A stretch of 64,000 nt of DNA, from positions 1-64,000 of IMG/VR virus record IMGVR_UViG_3300036820_000002, one strand, 5' to 3'. Below the pieces are notes generated by a model. The model was not told where the DNA came from and did not search any database. It saw only the letters and a program-made list of their open reading frames with translations. The DNA is from a virus. This document shows positions 53,501 through 63,632 of this stretch, one piece after another; the first letter of the stretch is position 1; every line of letters begins with the position of its first letter. The position numbers and the translations under genes were made by a program.

Positions 53501-54755
53501 CGATGACCAGCACGTTCATCGCCGCGACTTCCATATCGGGGGCCACGTAGACATACTGGGGGACGCCGGCGATATTCGGGGTGTAGCTGACGGCGGTGCG
53601 GACCAGCCCGCCGCTCCCGGCGGCCGGGTACTCGCGCCAGTAGGAGCGGATGTCGTCAGCGGTCCCGATGTGGACGTTCGCGATCTGCGGGTTCTGCGTC
53701 CAGCTGGCAATGGTGAACAGCCAGTTCCCGGCGGTCGGCACACCCGAGCCCGGCCCGACCGACCCGGTCGGGGTCAGGCTCACCACCGTCGACTGCAGCG
53801 CCGGGGTGATGGCGGTGAAGGTAGTGCCCTGCCCGTAGCCGCCGGCCCACTGGTTGACCACGGCAGGTGCGGGCAGTGACCCGTAGCCGGCCAGGGTGCC
53901 AGCTCCGGTGAGGGCAGTCGTCCCGTGGAACGTCTGCAGCTGGAGACCGGGCACGACCTGGTGCCGGGCCCTCCCGAAGCGGCGCAGCCAGGTGGGCCCG
54001 GGGGCACGCTGGGGGGCGATCACCGTGCCGGGGACGCCGACTGCCCCGCCGGCGGTCAGCGTGCCGGTTCCCGCCAGCGTCGCGGTCTCGGTGAGGCCCA
54101 GGGTGTAGATGAGGGTGACCTGCCCGCCGGCGCCGCTGCCGCCGTTGCTGGGAAGGGTGTCCCGGGAGCCGCCGCCGCCGCCGGAGCCGGGAACGGTGCC
54201 GTTGGCCCCGGCAGCACCTGCGGTTCCTGATCCCGCGCCGCCTGCCGCTCCGCCGGGAGAACCGGAGCCTGCCGTCCCGCCAGCGCCGCCGCTGGCGGAG
54301 CCGCCGGTCCCGCCGGATCCGCCGGAGCTGCCCGCTCCCGCCGAGCCGCCGCCGCCGCCGCCGCCGCCTGTCCCGGTGCTGCCGGTTGACTTCCCGCCGC
54401 CGCCGGGACCTCCCGCGAACGCGACGGCATTGCTGCCGGCCGGGCCGCCGGTGCCTTCATTGGTCCCGGACCCGGACGCTCCCGCGTCAGCGGTGATAGA
54501 CGGGCTGGCCCCGGTGATGGTCGTGTTCGTGGATGTGCCGCCGGACCCGATGGTATAGGTCAGGACGGTGCTCACCACGACGCCGGGATAGTCCTGCGCG
54601 AATGCGCCGCCTCCCCCGCCCCCGCCGCCATGGTGGTTGGTGACGGAGCTGCTGCCGTCGCCGCCCTCGCCCCAGGCCTGCGCCGTCAGCGATCCGCTGA
54701 CGTAACCGGTGGGGGTAACCCAGGTTCCCGAGGAGGTGAAGGTGACGGTCGTCAC
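50568..54755 (-). CDS. large minor tail protein (Gly-rich N-terminus, LamG-like domain)
   Basis: Gly-rich N-terminus; WTDISNRL, LDNFDGALSP, PYAWWPCDD, LamG-like stretch. Confidence 0.85.
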   Translation of the reverse strand: MTTVTFTSSGTWVTPTGYVSGSLTAQAWGEGGDGSSSVTNHHGGGGGGGGAFAQDYPGVVVSTVLTYTIGSGGTSTNTTITGASPSITADAGASGSGTNEGTGGPAGSNAVAFAGGPGGGGKSTGSTGTGGGGGGGGSAGAGSSGGSGGTGGSASGGAGGTAGSGSPGGAAGGAGSGTAGAAGANGTVPGSGGGGGSRDTLPSNGGSGAGGQVTLIYTLGLTETATLAGTGTLTAGGAVGVPGTVIAPQRAPGPTWLRRFGRARHQVVPGLQLQTFHGTTALTGAGTLAGYGSLPAPAVVNQWAGGYGQGTTFTAITPALQSTVVSLTPTGSVGPGSGVPTAGNWLFTIASWTQNPQIANVHIGTADDIRSYWREYPAAGSGGLVRTAVSYTPNIAGVPQYVYVAPDMEVAAMNVLVIEVAGLGPWDTVAGTDTAYTGSGTSLSLSLGAPAAASFFLGATGGNNASSGQAFTPAGWTSLVTQTQTNGVNTLADNILTAAVLSSSLSAQSVSGSAGTAEAMSGFLVGVYTNAPSPVPAGNQAWPHIVAEAGFGSGFNTPDSEVTWTDISNRLWEWDEQTGIQFELGELQSTNLTLILDNFDGALSPLNSLSPYYPYCVPGTPVRLRMALGTLGGSTCNRWYVIARNATQWAEQIDDTFRRYCTVTGADIWAALSATPPTFYRSEVYEDAPYAWWPCDDQPGTAGVLPTALLNAALGNTNTLDVMLSSLGGIAQTPESLEGYAPDTLIPPTMPVYTTGALAGWMPGDPQSAISTVDTGNPQTATPGSAAWQASGQSGSTGSYGWYLSCNDSSFPPLSSGITAEGWFQFQFQAGPTGIGETDQPSPLQQQPLCPLTLIELATGSNPVAVLQLDDNGALHLITYSGGTGTSNLIYNGSDLRSGAWFMVSMTLTQTSWTVYVNGGATAEVSGTASGMTSAWTWLIANADMGSGGGGASGQVQHCGNTAIAHLALYPYVLPYYRIMDHYWAAITGFGQLPAPTSVQVTWTPQVPTTGNQVITTFSPDGSTNGGYTATTGVAASGVAVAVVPGGITSGPSAWATGTTVQRNDESGTGYASLWLGWQAVAPLIYAYTSSKVGAEEEAAVTCGSGAAFSGGYGGSATGTGVCQVAGGNGSPPPTVPSSVGDTVGQRIERLMRAGLCSSPNRCIDQAPLQVQSPGATGGGVQAGAGIQAIQQSDDGMLFVDNCNNLTYWQRPHLQSQYSSPVWALGPVTSAGQVPYYRAAEWITDPQRVWNAITVQPLSPTGASLPLLTPQDATAVNASQDQDGAQPYQVTSYLQSVTEMQSQANWLFSVYGTPQRRAAGIRIDAAPYPQAWQLVAGINVGDVVTMQDWQIGGGGTVYTYRVTAITRRISYGSHDSDVTGSVVLTLDHEPNNYWE

Positions 54756-54771
54756 GGCGGGTCACCTTTTC

Positions 54772-55167
54772 TCAGACGAGGGAGACGGAGATCCCGGCGG
54801 GCGCGATCTGGAAGGTGTCGCCGGTCGGTACCGAGATCGGCTGGCCGGTCCAGGTCCCGAAGAAATGGCGCAGCGGCGTCCCGGCGGTATCCCAGATCTC
54901 CAGTCCCGCCAGCGACCAGCTGCTGCCGGTATTGATCCAGGAGATGGTCCCTGAATTCGCGGTGGCGGCAGCGCTGACAGCATTCCAGGCAATAGCTGAC
55001 CCGCCGGTTGTGTAGCCGGACCCGCCGCCGAGCTCGGTCATGTCGGCGGTGGCCGTCGGGACGGTGGTGCCCAGCCGGAGATGGGTTGAGGTAACCGTGG
55101 TATAGGCCGAGTCATTGAGGATCGCGGCGAGGATATTTGTAGCGTCGACCTGGTCAAACATCGCCAT
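54772..55167 (-). CDS. minor tail/virion protein
   Basis: TELGGGSGYT...GLEIWDTAGT...GDTFQIAPAGISVSL. Confidence 0.75.
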   Translation of the reverse strand: MAMFDQVDATNILAAILNDSAYTTVTSTHLRLGTTVPTATADMTELGGGSGYTTGGSAIAWNAVSAAATANSGTISWINTGSSWSLAGLEIWDTAGTPLRHFFGTWTGQPISVPTGDTFQIAPAGISVSLV

Positions 55168-55176
55168 GAGAACTCC

Positions 55177-55770
55177 TTAGTTGAGTCCGCTGGCGACCAG
55201 CTGCTGCATGATGGCGGAATTGCTGGAGCTGGCGGTGGAGAATGTCACCGTGAAATACAGCCACTGGTTGACGGAGAAGTCGATGGTGGCCAGGTTCGCG
55301 GGGCCGCCCAGCACGGTCCCGCCGGCAGAGCCGGCGTTCTGGTAGCCGATGCTCATCGATGACCACAGGTTCGTGGACACGGAGCTGGTGCCGTAGCCGG
55401 CCCCGAAGCAGCTCACGATCAGCCGCCCCATGACGGTCGCGGAAGCAAAGGAAGTGCAGGTGAAGGCGTTCGCCGCAACCAGCGTGCTGCCTGATGCGGT
55501 GGTGGTGGACTGCGGGGAGGTGGCCAGCCCGGCGGTAATGATGGCGGTGGTCGCCGACCCTTGCCCGGAGAGGATGACCGCGAAGTCTGCTGACAGCGCC
55601 TGGTTGGTGCGGCCCTGCTGGAAGAAGCCGCCGAACAGTACCGGCTGCTGGTACTTCCCTGAGGCCCCGGCGACCAGGTTCTGCGCTCCGGAGGAGGAGG
55701 CGTTAGCGGTGGGGTAGGCGAACCCGGAGGAGAAGACGACTTCGCTCTGGGTCCCGGTATAGAAGGTCAC
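55177..55770 (-). CDS. virion structural protein
   Basis: Ser/Thr/Ala-rich ORF in tail operon. Confidence 0.65.
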   Translation of the reverse strand: MTFYTGTQSEVVFSSGFAYPTANASSSGAQNLVAGASGKYQQPVLFGGFFQQGRTNQALSADFAVILSGQGSATTAIITAGLATSPQSTTTASGSTLVAANAFTCTSFASATVMGRLIVSCFGAGYGTSSVSTNLWSSMSIGYQNAGSAGGTVLGGPANLATIDFSVNQWLYFTVTFSTASSSNSAIMQQLVASGLN

Positions 55771-55779
55771 ATACCTCTC

Positions 55780-55965
55780 TCAGGGGGTGGCGCCAGCCAG
55801 GCCGGCGGTTGCGGTGATAGTGACGGTCCGGCAGCCCAGCCCGGCGTGATCATGGGGAAGAGGGCAGCAGCCGCACTGCAGCGAGGCGTGGGGCTGCGTG
55901 CCGTCGGTGACGGGTGCCTGCGTACCGCAGGTGTTGCAGGTGACAGTCAGCTCGTCAGTGGTCAT
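55780..55965 (-). CDS. small Cys/His-rich protein
   Basis: Coupled to tape measure stop. Confidence 0.5.
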   Translation of the reverse strand: MTTDELTVTCNTCGTQAPVTDGTQPHASLQCGCCPLPHDHAGLGCRTVTITATAGLAGATP

Positions 55966-58900
55966 GAGCCGTAGCCTTTCTGGGTCAGGCCGCTCTTGCG
56001 GTTCCGCTTGGACTGCTGCAGGATCTTGGCCTCGATCTCGGCGATCAGCTGCTTCATCTGGGCGTTGGACAGGGCCAGGTTGCCGCTGCCGGAGCCGGAG
56101 CCCATGTTGACGCTGACGGTGACGTTGTTCGTGGTGAAGGTTCCCGACTTCAGGTTGGGGGCTAGCACGCCGCCGTAGGCAGCCCCGGCCGCCTTCGCCC
56201 CGAATACGTTCGCGGCCTTGGTGATGGCGCCGTAGAGCTTGTTGATGGCCGCGATCTCGCCCTTGCCGCCGCCCTGCGCCTGGTTCGCTTTGGTCCCGAA
56301 CTGGTTCGCCGCCTTCTGCAGGCTGGCGTAGGCGGCGTTCACGGCGGCGACCTGGTTACCCCCGGTGCTACCCGCCCCGAGCAGTGACTGGGCCAGCGGG
56401 TCCGAGGACGGCCCGGCCTGAATCAGCTGATTGAGCAGGGACTTGTTGAGGTGGTCCTTGCCGAGGGCGCCGACGTCCTTGGTGAACTGCTTCAGGCTGC
56501 TGGTGTAAGTGCCCATCTGCTGCGCGACCGGCCCCTGGGTCGGGTCGATCTGGGCGAAGTTCAGCCCGCTGACCGCCGATGCGCTGGCAGCAGAGGCGCT
56601 GCCCTGTCCCAGGATTGCCTGCGCCTCCGGCAGCGCTGCCGGGCCTGCGCTGGCCAGCTGCTTGAGCAGGGTCTGGTTCAGGCCGCCCTTGGATAGCTCG
56701 CTGATCGCCGTGGTGAACTGCTGGATGCTGGTCAGGTAACTCTGCATCTGGTCGGCGATGCCGCCGTTAGAGGGATCCAGCTGAGCGAAACCCAGCCCGC
56801 TGACCACGTTCGCGGAGGTGGTCTTGGCGTAGCTGACCTCGTTCTTGATCCGGGTCACCAGGCTGGAGGCCAGGCTTGCGATACCTTTGGTGCCGTCGGC
56901 GTCCGCCAGCCCCGACGAGATGCCGCTGACCAGGGAGACGGCGATCTTCTTGCCGATCCCCGACTTCTCGATCGCCGCTTCCAGCTGCGCCTCCAGCTGC
57001 AGCAGCGCGGCGGACAGCGGCGGGTTCGGCTGGCTCGCGCCCGCCCCTCCGGTGGGACCGCCGCCGGCGGTCATCGGGGTGATTACCTCCGGGGAGCCGG
57101 TCCCGTTGTAGGCCATGGTCAGCCCCGGCATCAGCATGCCGCCGGCGTCGAACCAGCCGAACTGGAGCTTGTGTGCCATCGCGTTGCCGGGAGTGCCGTA
57201 GGTGCCGGAGATGTAGGCCATCTGCGAGGTGATCAGCGAGGCTGCCGTTTCCACCGGGGCCGACCCGAGCGCCCCGGCGATCTGGGCCGCCGAGTTCGCC
57301 CCCGTCACGGCCTGCATCATCGCCCCGACCCCCGGCGCGACGCCGCCGGCCGCGAAGCCCGGCACCCGGCCGGCCAGCAGCGGCGCGACCATGCCCACCA
57401 GGTGCTTGGGCACGACCGCCTCGCCGGGTTCCAGCATCGCCGGGATGATGTCGCCGCCGCCGTAGCCGGGGATCTTGCCGCCGGTCTGCTCAGCCAGGAC
57501 GTGGCCCGCGACAGGCCCGGAGGCACCGGGCATCGCCCCTCCGGGCCCGGAAGTGACGTAACGGAGATTGACGGTGACCGTCTTGTTCTGCACGGCATTC
57601 AGGGCCGCCTGGGCCGCGATGGCCCCGGCGGTGTTGGCCTGGATCAGCAGCCGCACCGTCTTGTCAGCAACCGACTGCACCGCATTCTTCGCTCTGGTCG
57701 CACCGGACGTGTCAGCACTGACAGCGAGCTTGATGTCCTTGCCGGAGATGCCGGCGATATCACTTTTGACCTTGTTGATGCCAGAGGTGTCCGCCTGGAC
57801 GCTCAGCCGGATGGTCTTCGGCGAGACGTCTGCGATCGCCGCTTGCGTCTGTGCAGTCCCGGCGGCGGTAGGGCCGGGGAAGATGGGCCTGGTTCCGAGC
57901 GCTGCTGCCGCATCTTCCGTCAGCTTCGACGGGACCAGGGTGGCGAGTTTGCCTTCCTTGGGGCCCAGCGGACTCGTGGAGGTAGTGTCGTGGGGTGTCA
58001 GGCTGGCCAGTGAGCGGCCGGAGATAATATCGCCGACGTCGCCGGTAGCGGCCTTGATACTCGCCGACGTGGCACCGTACCTTGTCATCGTCTGGCTGAC
58101 GACCGCCTGGATGGAGGCGAGATTCTGACCGGTGTCCCGCATGTTCTGCGCCAGCCCGGTCAGGGCGGCCTTATCGAAGGTTCCTGAACCCCGCTTCAGG
58201 GAGCCGGCAAACAGTCCGTATGCTGCTGCCGACCGGGTGACTGACGGGTCGGCACCGCTCAGGGCGGTGCTCAGGGAACTTCCGACGGCAGAGCTGAATC
58301 CCTGTGCCTGCGCACTGAGGTCAGAGGTTGCCTTGGTGCCGTCGGTAACGGTGGCGTTGTACTCTTTCTGGCTGCTTGCTACCTTATCGATAGCTTTGCT
58401 GATGTTCTTATAGTTCTGCGCCTGGGTCAGGGTGGGGTTATAGGCGGCTTGCGAGCCGAGTCCTGCCTGCTGGGCGATAGTGCTTATTTCCGCTAGCGCA
58501 GCCGGGCTCTGCTTTCCGTAAGGGAGGAGCTGTTTGGCCAGGTAGCCTCCCGCGCCTTCCATCTGGGTAGCGGTGATTCCCGGCTGCCCTCCCCAGCCGT
58601 AGGAAGTGGCGGCGGTACGCAGCCAGTCCATCATCGTCCCGGCCTGCTGGATCAGGCCGGGAGTAGTCGTAGAGGTAGAGCTCAGCGCCGCCCACGCGGA
58701 GGCACCCTGGGGGGTAGTGAATGACGTCAGTGCCTTGGCGAAGTTTTCCTGGTCCTTTTTCGAGCTGACCTTCGCTTCCTCAGCAGTATGTTCAGCGGCA
58801 GCTTTCGCGGTAGCTGTCTGGGGCTTGGCCGGGGGGACGCTCATGCCCGCCCCGAGCGTCTGTGCTGCCTGCAGTGACTGGTAGAGGCCGGTGATCGCGG

Positions 58901-61900
58901 TCGTACCCTCGGTCGCGTTCTGGAGAAGCAGGTCCTGGGACGTGTTGACGCTCGCCAGGGTGCCACCCAGGCCCTGAGCGGCGGTAACTGCACCGACGTT
59001 TACGCCGAACTGACCGGTATTCGCGTGCATCATCTGATAGCCGGTGGCCGCATTGAGGACTTGCTGCAGTGCGACGGGGGTGAGAGTGCCGTTCTTGCCG
59101 AAGGCAGTGGACATCTGTACGCCCGCCTGGTCCAGCAGTCCGTAGGCACCGGACAGGGACACGCCGCCGAGCTGCCCGCCCAGGTCCTGCTGTACCTGAG
59201 CTCCGGCGCCCAGGAAATTCGAGTACTGGGTCGCGAAGTTCATCAGGGAACCGAGATCGGTCCCTCTCGCGCCGCCAGAGACCAGCCCTTTCAGGTTCTG
59301 GATCGTGGTGGCGTCCCAGTTCCAGTTTGCGCCGGGGGCCGCTTGCGCGGCGACGGCCGTCTGGTTCATGGCATTGACCAGTTCGCTGCCGCCTTGCAGG
59401 AACGGCGCCTGGTTGATCTGCGTTTGCAGGCTCCCGGTAGCTGCCTGTGCCGGGGTCGGCTGCATAATCGCGCGCCCGGTGATATAGGCGCCGGCCGCAG
59501 CCAGCGCGATCTCCGGGGCGGACAAGCTGCCCAGGAAGCCGGCCGCACCGGTCCCGGCGACCATATCTCCTTCGGCGATCCCCAGGCTTGCCGCCTCGGC
59601 AGCGGTGGCCGGGTGGGCAACTGCCCCGAAGAAACCTCTTATGCCGGTTCCTGCTGTCGCGTCTCCTGCCGCTGTGCCTAGCACCCCGGCTCCGGCTAGC
59701 CCGAAAGCGGACAAGCCGCTCCCGATGCCCTCCAGTGCATTCCCAGCCAGGCCGCCGAGTGCACCGATTCCGCGTCCGACCGACCCGACCAGAGCGGGAC
59801 CGTACCGGCCCCCGGCTTCGGCGGCCAGTGCCGGGCCAAGCAGGCCCGCCTCGCCGAGCCAGCCGGTGGTCAGTGACAGCCCTTTGGTGAACGCATCGAG
59901 TGTGGACAGGATGTCACTGCCGACACCGGGCAGGTTGGGCGCGACGTTCATGAACGTCTTACCCAGATTGCCGAACACCTGACCGAATTGCTGCAGGTCA
60001 CCGACCCCGCCGGAGACTACCCCTGCGAGAGCCTTTCCGGCGCCTCCCTTGAAATCGAGGGTCATCCCGGCAGAGAACCGGTCCAGCATGTCGATTGTAT
60101 TCTGGCCCATTGACCAGAAATTCGACAAGCCGCCGGCAGCGTTGTCACTGGCAGCTTTCACCGAGTTGATCCCGGCACCCATCAGTTCCCAGACACCCGT
60201 GTCGGCCGAGTTCTGTGCTTTCTGCAGAGCGTCACCGAGTCCGAGGAACTGCCCGGATGTCTCGTTCAGTGCACCGGCTCCCAGGGACTGGGAGACGTCG
60301 TTGACAGCGACCAGCCGGTTCCACAGCGTCTGGCCGCCTTGCGCGCCGACGGCCATGGCGTTGCCCGCCGCGATAGCGGCCGGTCCGACCGTGGCCAGGA
60401 TCTCGTTGGTCGCCATCATTGCGTAGTGGAAACGCGGGTACCAGGTGCCAAGCCAGCTGAGCATCGCCGCAGACTGTACTCCCGAGGTGCCGAGACCGAA
60501 TCCGCTGCCGCCGCCCCCGCCGCCCCCGAACATAGCGGCGGCGGCTCCGCCTGCGCCGCCTACGCCGCTGCCGCCAGCTGCCGCCGCCAGGGCGGTAGTA
60601 AGACTGCTGCCGCCACTTCCCTGGACAACCCGCCTGGCTTGTGCTGCTGCTGCTGTAGCGGCGGCAGCGGCAGCACCGCTGTTCCAGCCGCCGCCAGCGC
60701 CTCCTGCTGTTGTTGCCGCTGTCGCGACACTGGAATAAATAACGGCGTTGGCGATAGCCTGCTGGGTCCTGGTGACTGCCGCCGTTGCTTTGCCCATCTC
60801 GGTAGCGACGGCAGCGCCTGTGATAAGAGACTGGTCTGAGATTTCCTTGGTGGCTGCGGCAACATCTCGCTGTGCTGCCGCCAGACGATAGGCGGCTGAT
60901 TCGGAAGGGAAAAACGTCTCATTCATTCTTTCCCAGGCATTTGCCACTTCCTGGGCCGAAGCTTTCGAGCGATTCCCGCTATTGATCAGGGCGTTATTGT
61001 AGGTCTCATTGCGGGTGGCGGCTTCAGTCCATGCAGCTTCCATTGCGGCAAGATTCCTGCGCTGCTCTTCAAAGTCGTCACCGGAAAGACCTCCGCTTCC
61101 GGCATTTCCTCCGCCGTTACCGGAGCCGCCGCCGCCGGTCCTGCCGCCGGATCCGCCGAACCCGCCAGTTCCGCCACTGGAGATAACGTTCTCCAGTTCA
61201 CTGATAGCGTCGTCCCAGTTGCCGCCGCCGAGGGCGAAACCGGAGCCGCCACCGCCCGCACCTCCTCCGGCCAGCGCGAAGACCCGCATGACCTCCGGCG
61301 CCTTCGCCTGGATGGCGTTCATCTTGACCAGGATCATGTCCAGGGCGCTGCCTTGGTCGGACAGGCTGGAGATGGCTATCCGGCTGGCAGCCGCCGTGCT
61401 GGCCCCGAGGTTGTCATAGGCGTCGGAGATGCGGCCTGCGGAGCTGGCGGAGGCATCTGCCATGTCACCGATGGCGGTGATGCTGTCATTCATCAGGTCG
61501 CCGGTCCTGGCTAGCACCAGCTGGTGCTGCTCATGGACGGCGGTGGCCCCGGCAACGGCTTCGCTGAGCCGCGCGTACTCCCCGGCATAGGCGGCGACCC
61601 GGCTTCCGCTGTCATCGGCCACCTGCCCGGCGTCGCCGATCGCACTGGAGACCGCAGCGACCGCCTCGCGGACCTCGCGGAGATCCCCCACGGAACTGCG
61701 CAGGTCCGCGAACTTCTCCCTGAGGCTGCCCGCCGCGTCGCCGGCCCCGCCCAGGACCGTCTTCATGTCCTCCCCGGCCGCCTTGATCAGCGCGAACGAG
61801 GGCGCCATCTCCCGGGCCATGACGATAGTGGCGGCAATAGCGCTGTTGACATCGGCGTGGATGCCGATGATCTGCTGCATGCCGCCGGTGTACTGAGAGA

Positions 61901-61952
61901 CGTCAGCGATGAATTTCTGCTCGACGGTAGGCAGGCCGCGTGACGGCATCAC
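55962..61952 (-). CDS. tape measure protein
   Basis: 1996 aa Ala/Gly-rich; GGKIPGYGGGDIIPAMLEPGEAVV and FDAGGMLMPGLTMAYNGTGSPEV motifs. Confidence 0.9.
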   Translation of the reverse strand: MMPSRGLPTVEQKFIADVSQYTGGMQQIIGIHADVNSAIAATIVMAREMAPSFALIKAAGEDMKTVLGGAGDAAGSLREKFADLRSSVGDLREVREAVAAVSSAIGDAGQVADDSGSRVAAYAGEYARLSEAVAGATAVHEQHQLVLARTGDLMNDSITAIGDMADASASSAGRISDAYDNLGASTAAASRIAISSLSDQGSALDMILVKMNAIQAKAPEVMRVFALAGGGAGGGGSGFALGGGNWDDAISELENVISSGGTGGFGGSGGRTGGGGSGNGGGNAGSGGLSGDDFEEQRRNLAAMEAAWTEAATRNETYNNALINSGNRSKASAQEVANAWERMNETFFPSESAAYRLAAAQRDVAAATKEISDQSLITGAAVATEMGKATAAVTRTQQAIANAVIYSSVATAATTAGGAGGGWNSGAAAAAATAAAAQARRVVQGSGGSSLTTALAAAAGGSGVGGAGGAAAAMFGGGGGGGSGFGLGTSGVQSAAMLSWLGTWYPRFHYAMMATNEILATVGPAAIAAGNAMAVGAQGGQTLWNRLVAVNDVSQSLGAGALNETSGQFLGLGDALQKAQNSADTGVWELMGAGINSVKAASDNAAGGLSNFWSMGQNTIDMLDRFSAGMTLDFKGGAGKALAGVVSGGVGDLQQFGQVFGNLGKTFMNVAPNLPGVGSDILSTLDAFTKGLSLTTGWLGEAGLLGPALAAEAGGRYGPALVGSVGRGIGALGGLAGNALEGIGSGLSAFGLAGAGVLGTAAGDATAGTGIRGFFGAVAHPATAAEAASLGIAEGDMVAGTGAAGFLGSLSAPEIALAAAGAYITGRAIMQPTPAQAATGSLQTQINQAPFLQGGSELVNAMNQTAVAAQAAPGANWNWDATTIQNLKGLVSGGARGTDLGSLMNFATQYSNFLGAGAQVQQDLGGQLGGVSLSGAYGLLDQAGVQMSTAFGKNGTLTPVALQQVLNAATGYQMMHANTGQFGVNVGAVTAAQGLGGTLASVNTSQDLLLQNATEGTTAITGLYQSLQAAQTLGAGMSVPPAKPQTATAKAAAEHTAEEAKVSSKKDQENFAKALTSFTTPQGASAWAALSSTSTTTPGLIQQAGTMMDWLRTAATSYGWGGQPGITATQMEGAGGYLAKQLLPYGKQSPAALAEISTIAQQAGLGSQAAYNPTLTQAQNYKNISKAIDKVASSQKEYNATVTDGTKATSDLSAQAQGFSSAVGSSLSTALSGADPSVTRSAAAYGLFAGSLKRGSGTFDKAALTGLAQNMRDTGQNLASIQAVVSQTMTRYGATSASIKAATGDVGDIISGRSLASLTPHDTTSTSPLGPKEGKLATLVPSKLTEDAAAALGTRPIFPGPTAAGTAQTQAAIADVSPKTIRLSVQADTSGINKVKSDIAGISGKDIKLAVSADTSGATRAKNAVQSVADKTVRLLIQANTAGAIAAQAALNAVQNKTVTVNLRYVTSGPGGAMPGASGPVAGHVLAEQTGGKIPGYGGGDIIPAMLEPGEAVVPKHLVGMVAPLLAGRVPGFAAGGVAPGVGAMMQAVTGANSAAQIAGALGSAPVETAASLITSQMAYISGTYGTPGNAMAHKLQFGWFDAGGMLMPGLTMAYNGTGSPEVITPMTAGGGPTGGAGASQPNPPLSAALLQLEAQLEAAIEKSGIGKKIAVSLVSGISSGLADADGTKGIASLASSLVTRIKNEVSYAKTTSANVVSGLGFAQLDPSNGGIADQMQSYLTSIQQFTTAISELSKGGLNQTLLKQLASAGPAALPEAQAILGQGSASAASASAVSGLNFAQIDPTQGPVAQQMGTYTSSLKQFTKDVGALGKDHLNKSLLNQLIQAGPSSDPLAQSLLGAGSTGGNQVAAVNAAYASLQKAANQFGTKANQAQGGGKGEIAAINKLYGAITKAANVFGAKAAGAAYGGVLAPNLKSGTFTTNNVTVSVNMGSGSGSGNLALSNAQMKQLIAEIEAKILQQSKRNRKSGLTQKGYGS

Positions 61953-61995
61953 TCACCACCTCTGCAGAATGAGTATCTTGAGTTGTCTGTGTTTC

Positions 61996-62478
61996 TTACG
62001 GATCGTAGGGGCGGAAAGCCTCGATGGCTTCCTCCTGCAGGTCCCCGTCACGGATCGCGGCCTCAGTCGTCGGGCCCAGGTAAGGGTGCGGGGGAACCAC
62101 CAGGATCGTGTGGTACCAGGAGCCGCCCGTGTCGGTCCAGTGCAGGAATTTCTTGTTCACGGGCACGATGACGCACCCGAATTCGAGGATGCGGGAGTAT
62201 TCCGCGTCATTCCCGGCAATGGCGGTGGCCCGCATCCCTGAATGGGCGGGACGCACGTACATGCTGGACGCCAGGTTCCCCGAGGCGTAGGCCGGCGGGC
62301 GTCCCGGGCCCTGCCGGTACCATTCCCCGGGGGCGTGGGAGGACTGGCGCAGCGTGTCTTCCGCAGTCCGCAGCGCGACGTAGCGGGCCATCGCGGTGGC
62401 GGCAGCCGGGGCGCCGCCCCGGGTCAGCTGGGCGATGTCCTGCCAGAGGTCAAGGCTCTCCTCGAAGGTGATGCTCAC
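61996..62478 (-). CDS. HK97 gp10-like neck/tail completion protein
   Basis: PPAYASGNLASS, EYSRILEFG, PHPYLGP. Confidence 0.7.
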   Translation of the reverse strand: MSITFEESLDLWQDIAQLTRGGAPAAATAMARYVALRTAEDTLRQSSHAPGEWYRQGPGRPPAYASGNLASSMYVRPAHSGMRATAIAGNDAEYSRILEFGCVIVPVNKKFLHWTDTGGSWYHTILVVPPHPYLGPTTEAAIRDGDLQEEAIEAFRPYDP

Positions 62479-63632
62479 GCTTTCTTTTTCTTCTCCATCC
62501 GGTCCAGCAGCTCCTCGATGGCGGGCTTCATGTAGAGCCGCGCGACCAGGTCGGCGTCATAAGACAGAGCGTGGTCGCGGAGGAGGTCGCGCAGCTCGCT
62601 GCGGCTGCCGTCACGGCGCTGCTGCCAGGCCTGCTCATAGGCTGCCGTGATCCCCGGTACCGACGGGCGGGTCCACCAGCCCTTGTGCACGCCGTTCCAG
62701 AAGGGTTCCCCGGGAACCTGGGTTCCCAGCGGGTTCAGCTCCTCCATCGCCGAGCAGGCGGTGGTGATCACCGGGGTGCCGCAGGCCTGCGCCTCGACGA
62801 CAGGCAGCCCGAAGCCCTCTCCGTAGGAGCAGTTGGTCAGCACGTCCAGGGCGCCGTACCAGCCCGCCAGCTCGCCGGGCTGGACCAGGCCGCAGGAGTA
62901 GCGGTACTGGTCCACGGCGCGGACCCGGTCGGTGATGCCGAGATTCTCGGCGAGGGCGTCCAGGTCCTGGCCTCCGTCGGTGTGAATGCCGGTATGCAGG
63001 GCCAGCAGCCCTTCGGGGTGGCGCTGCAGGAACTGCGCGAAGGCGAGCATCTGCTCGGGGATGGCCTTGCGGATCGCGTCGTTGTTAGCGGAGTTCATCC
63101 CCACGACGAAATCCCCCGGCTCGATGCCGAGGGCGGCGCGGGCCGCCTCCCGGTCGGCCGGGGGGGTGAAGACGGAGGTGTCGATGCCGTGAGGCACGTA
63201 AAGAGGGCGCAGTCCCGCTGTCGCGAACCGGTCATAGCCGAACCGCGACATCGCGATCAGCTCCGACCCGGCCGCGTCGACGACATGGCGGTCCGCCAGC
63301 GACATCGGGCGGCAGTCCGAGGGCAGCCAGTGTGCCAGCGGCAGCCCCTTGAGCACAGCGGGGTCCAGTACCCAGATGTCACCCAGGGTGATGACCAGGT
63401 CAGGCCTGAGCGCCTGCGCGTGCTGAGCGAGGGACTGGGAGCAATACGAGTGCCCGAACCCTGGCATCACGGTGACGTCCTGCCATCCGGTCGGGGACCC
63501 GGACAGCCCCCAGTAGGAACTTACCGTCACCGAGTGGCCCATCTGCGTCAGCTTGCGCACCCAGACTGCCGTCTGGGTGCCGTAGCCGCTCGCTGCCCAG
63601 GGGGCTGTTGAATGCCAGAGGATAGTGCTCAT
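62475..63632 (-). CDS. glycosyltransferase family 4
   Basis: SGYGTQT, YVPHGIDTSVF, SYGEGFGLPVVEAQACGTPVI. Confidence 0.92.
   Translation of the reverse strand: MSTILWHSTAPWAASGYGTQTAVWVRKLTQMGHSVTVSSYWGLSGSPTGWQDVTVMPGFGHSYCSQSLAQHAQALRPDLVITLGDIWVLDPAVLKGLPLAHWLPSDCRPMSLADRHVVDAAGSELIAMSRFGYDRFATAGLRPLYVPHGIDTSVFTPPADREAARAALGIEPGDFVVGMNSANNDAIRKAIPEQMLAFAQFLQRHPEGLLALHTGIHTDGGQDLDALAENLGITDRVRAVDQYRYSCGLVQPGELAGWYGALDVLTNCSYGEGFGLPVVEAQACGTPVITTACSAMEELNPLGTQVPGEPFWNGVHKGWWTRPSVPGITAAYEQAWQQRRDGSRSELRDLLRDHALSYDADLVARLYMKPAIEELLDRMEKKKKA

Noticed and set aside
60977-61052. 10-11 nt matches of the two solo-repeat guides in the tape measure gene
   Set aside because: Too short and not anchored at the guide 5' end; expected by chance in 64 kb
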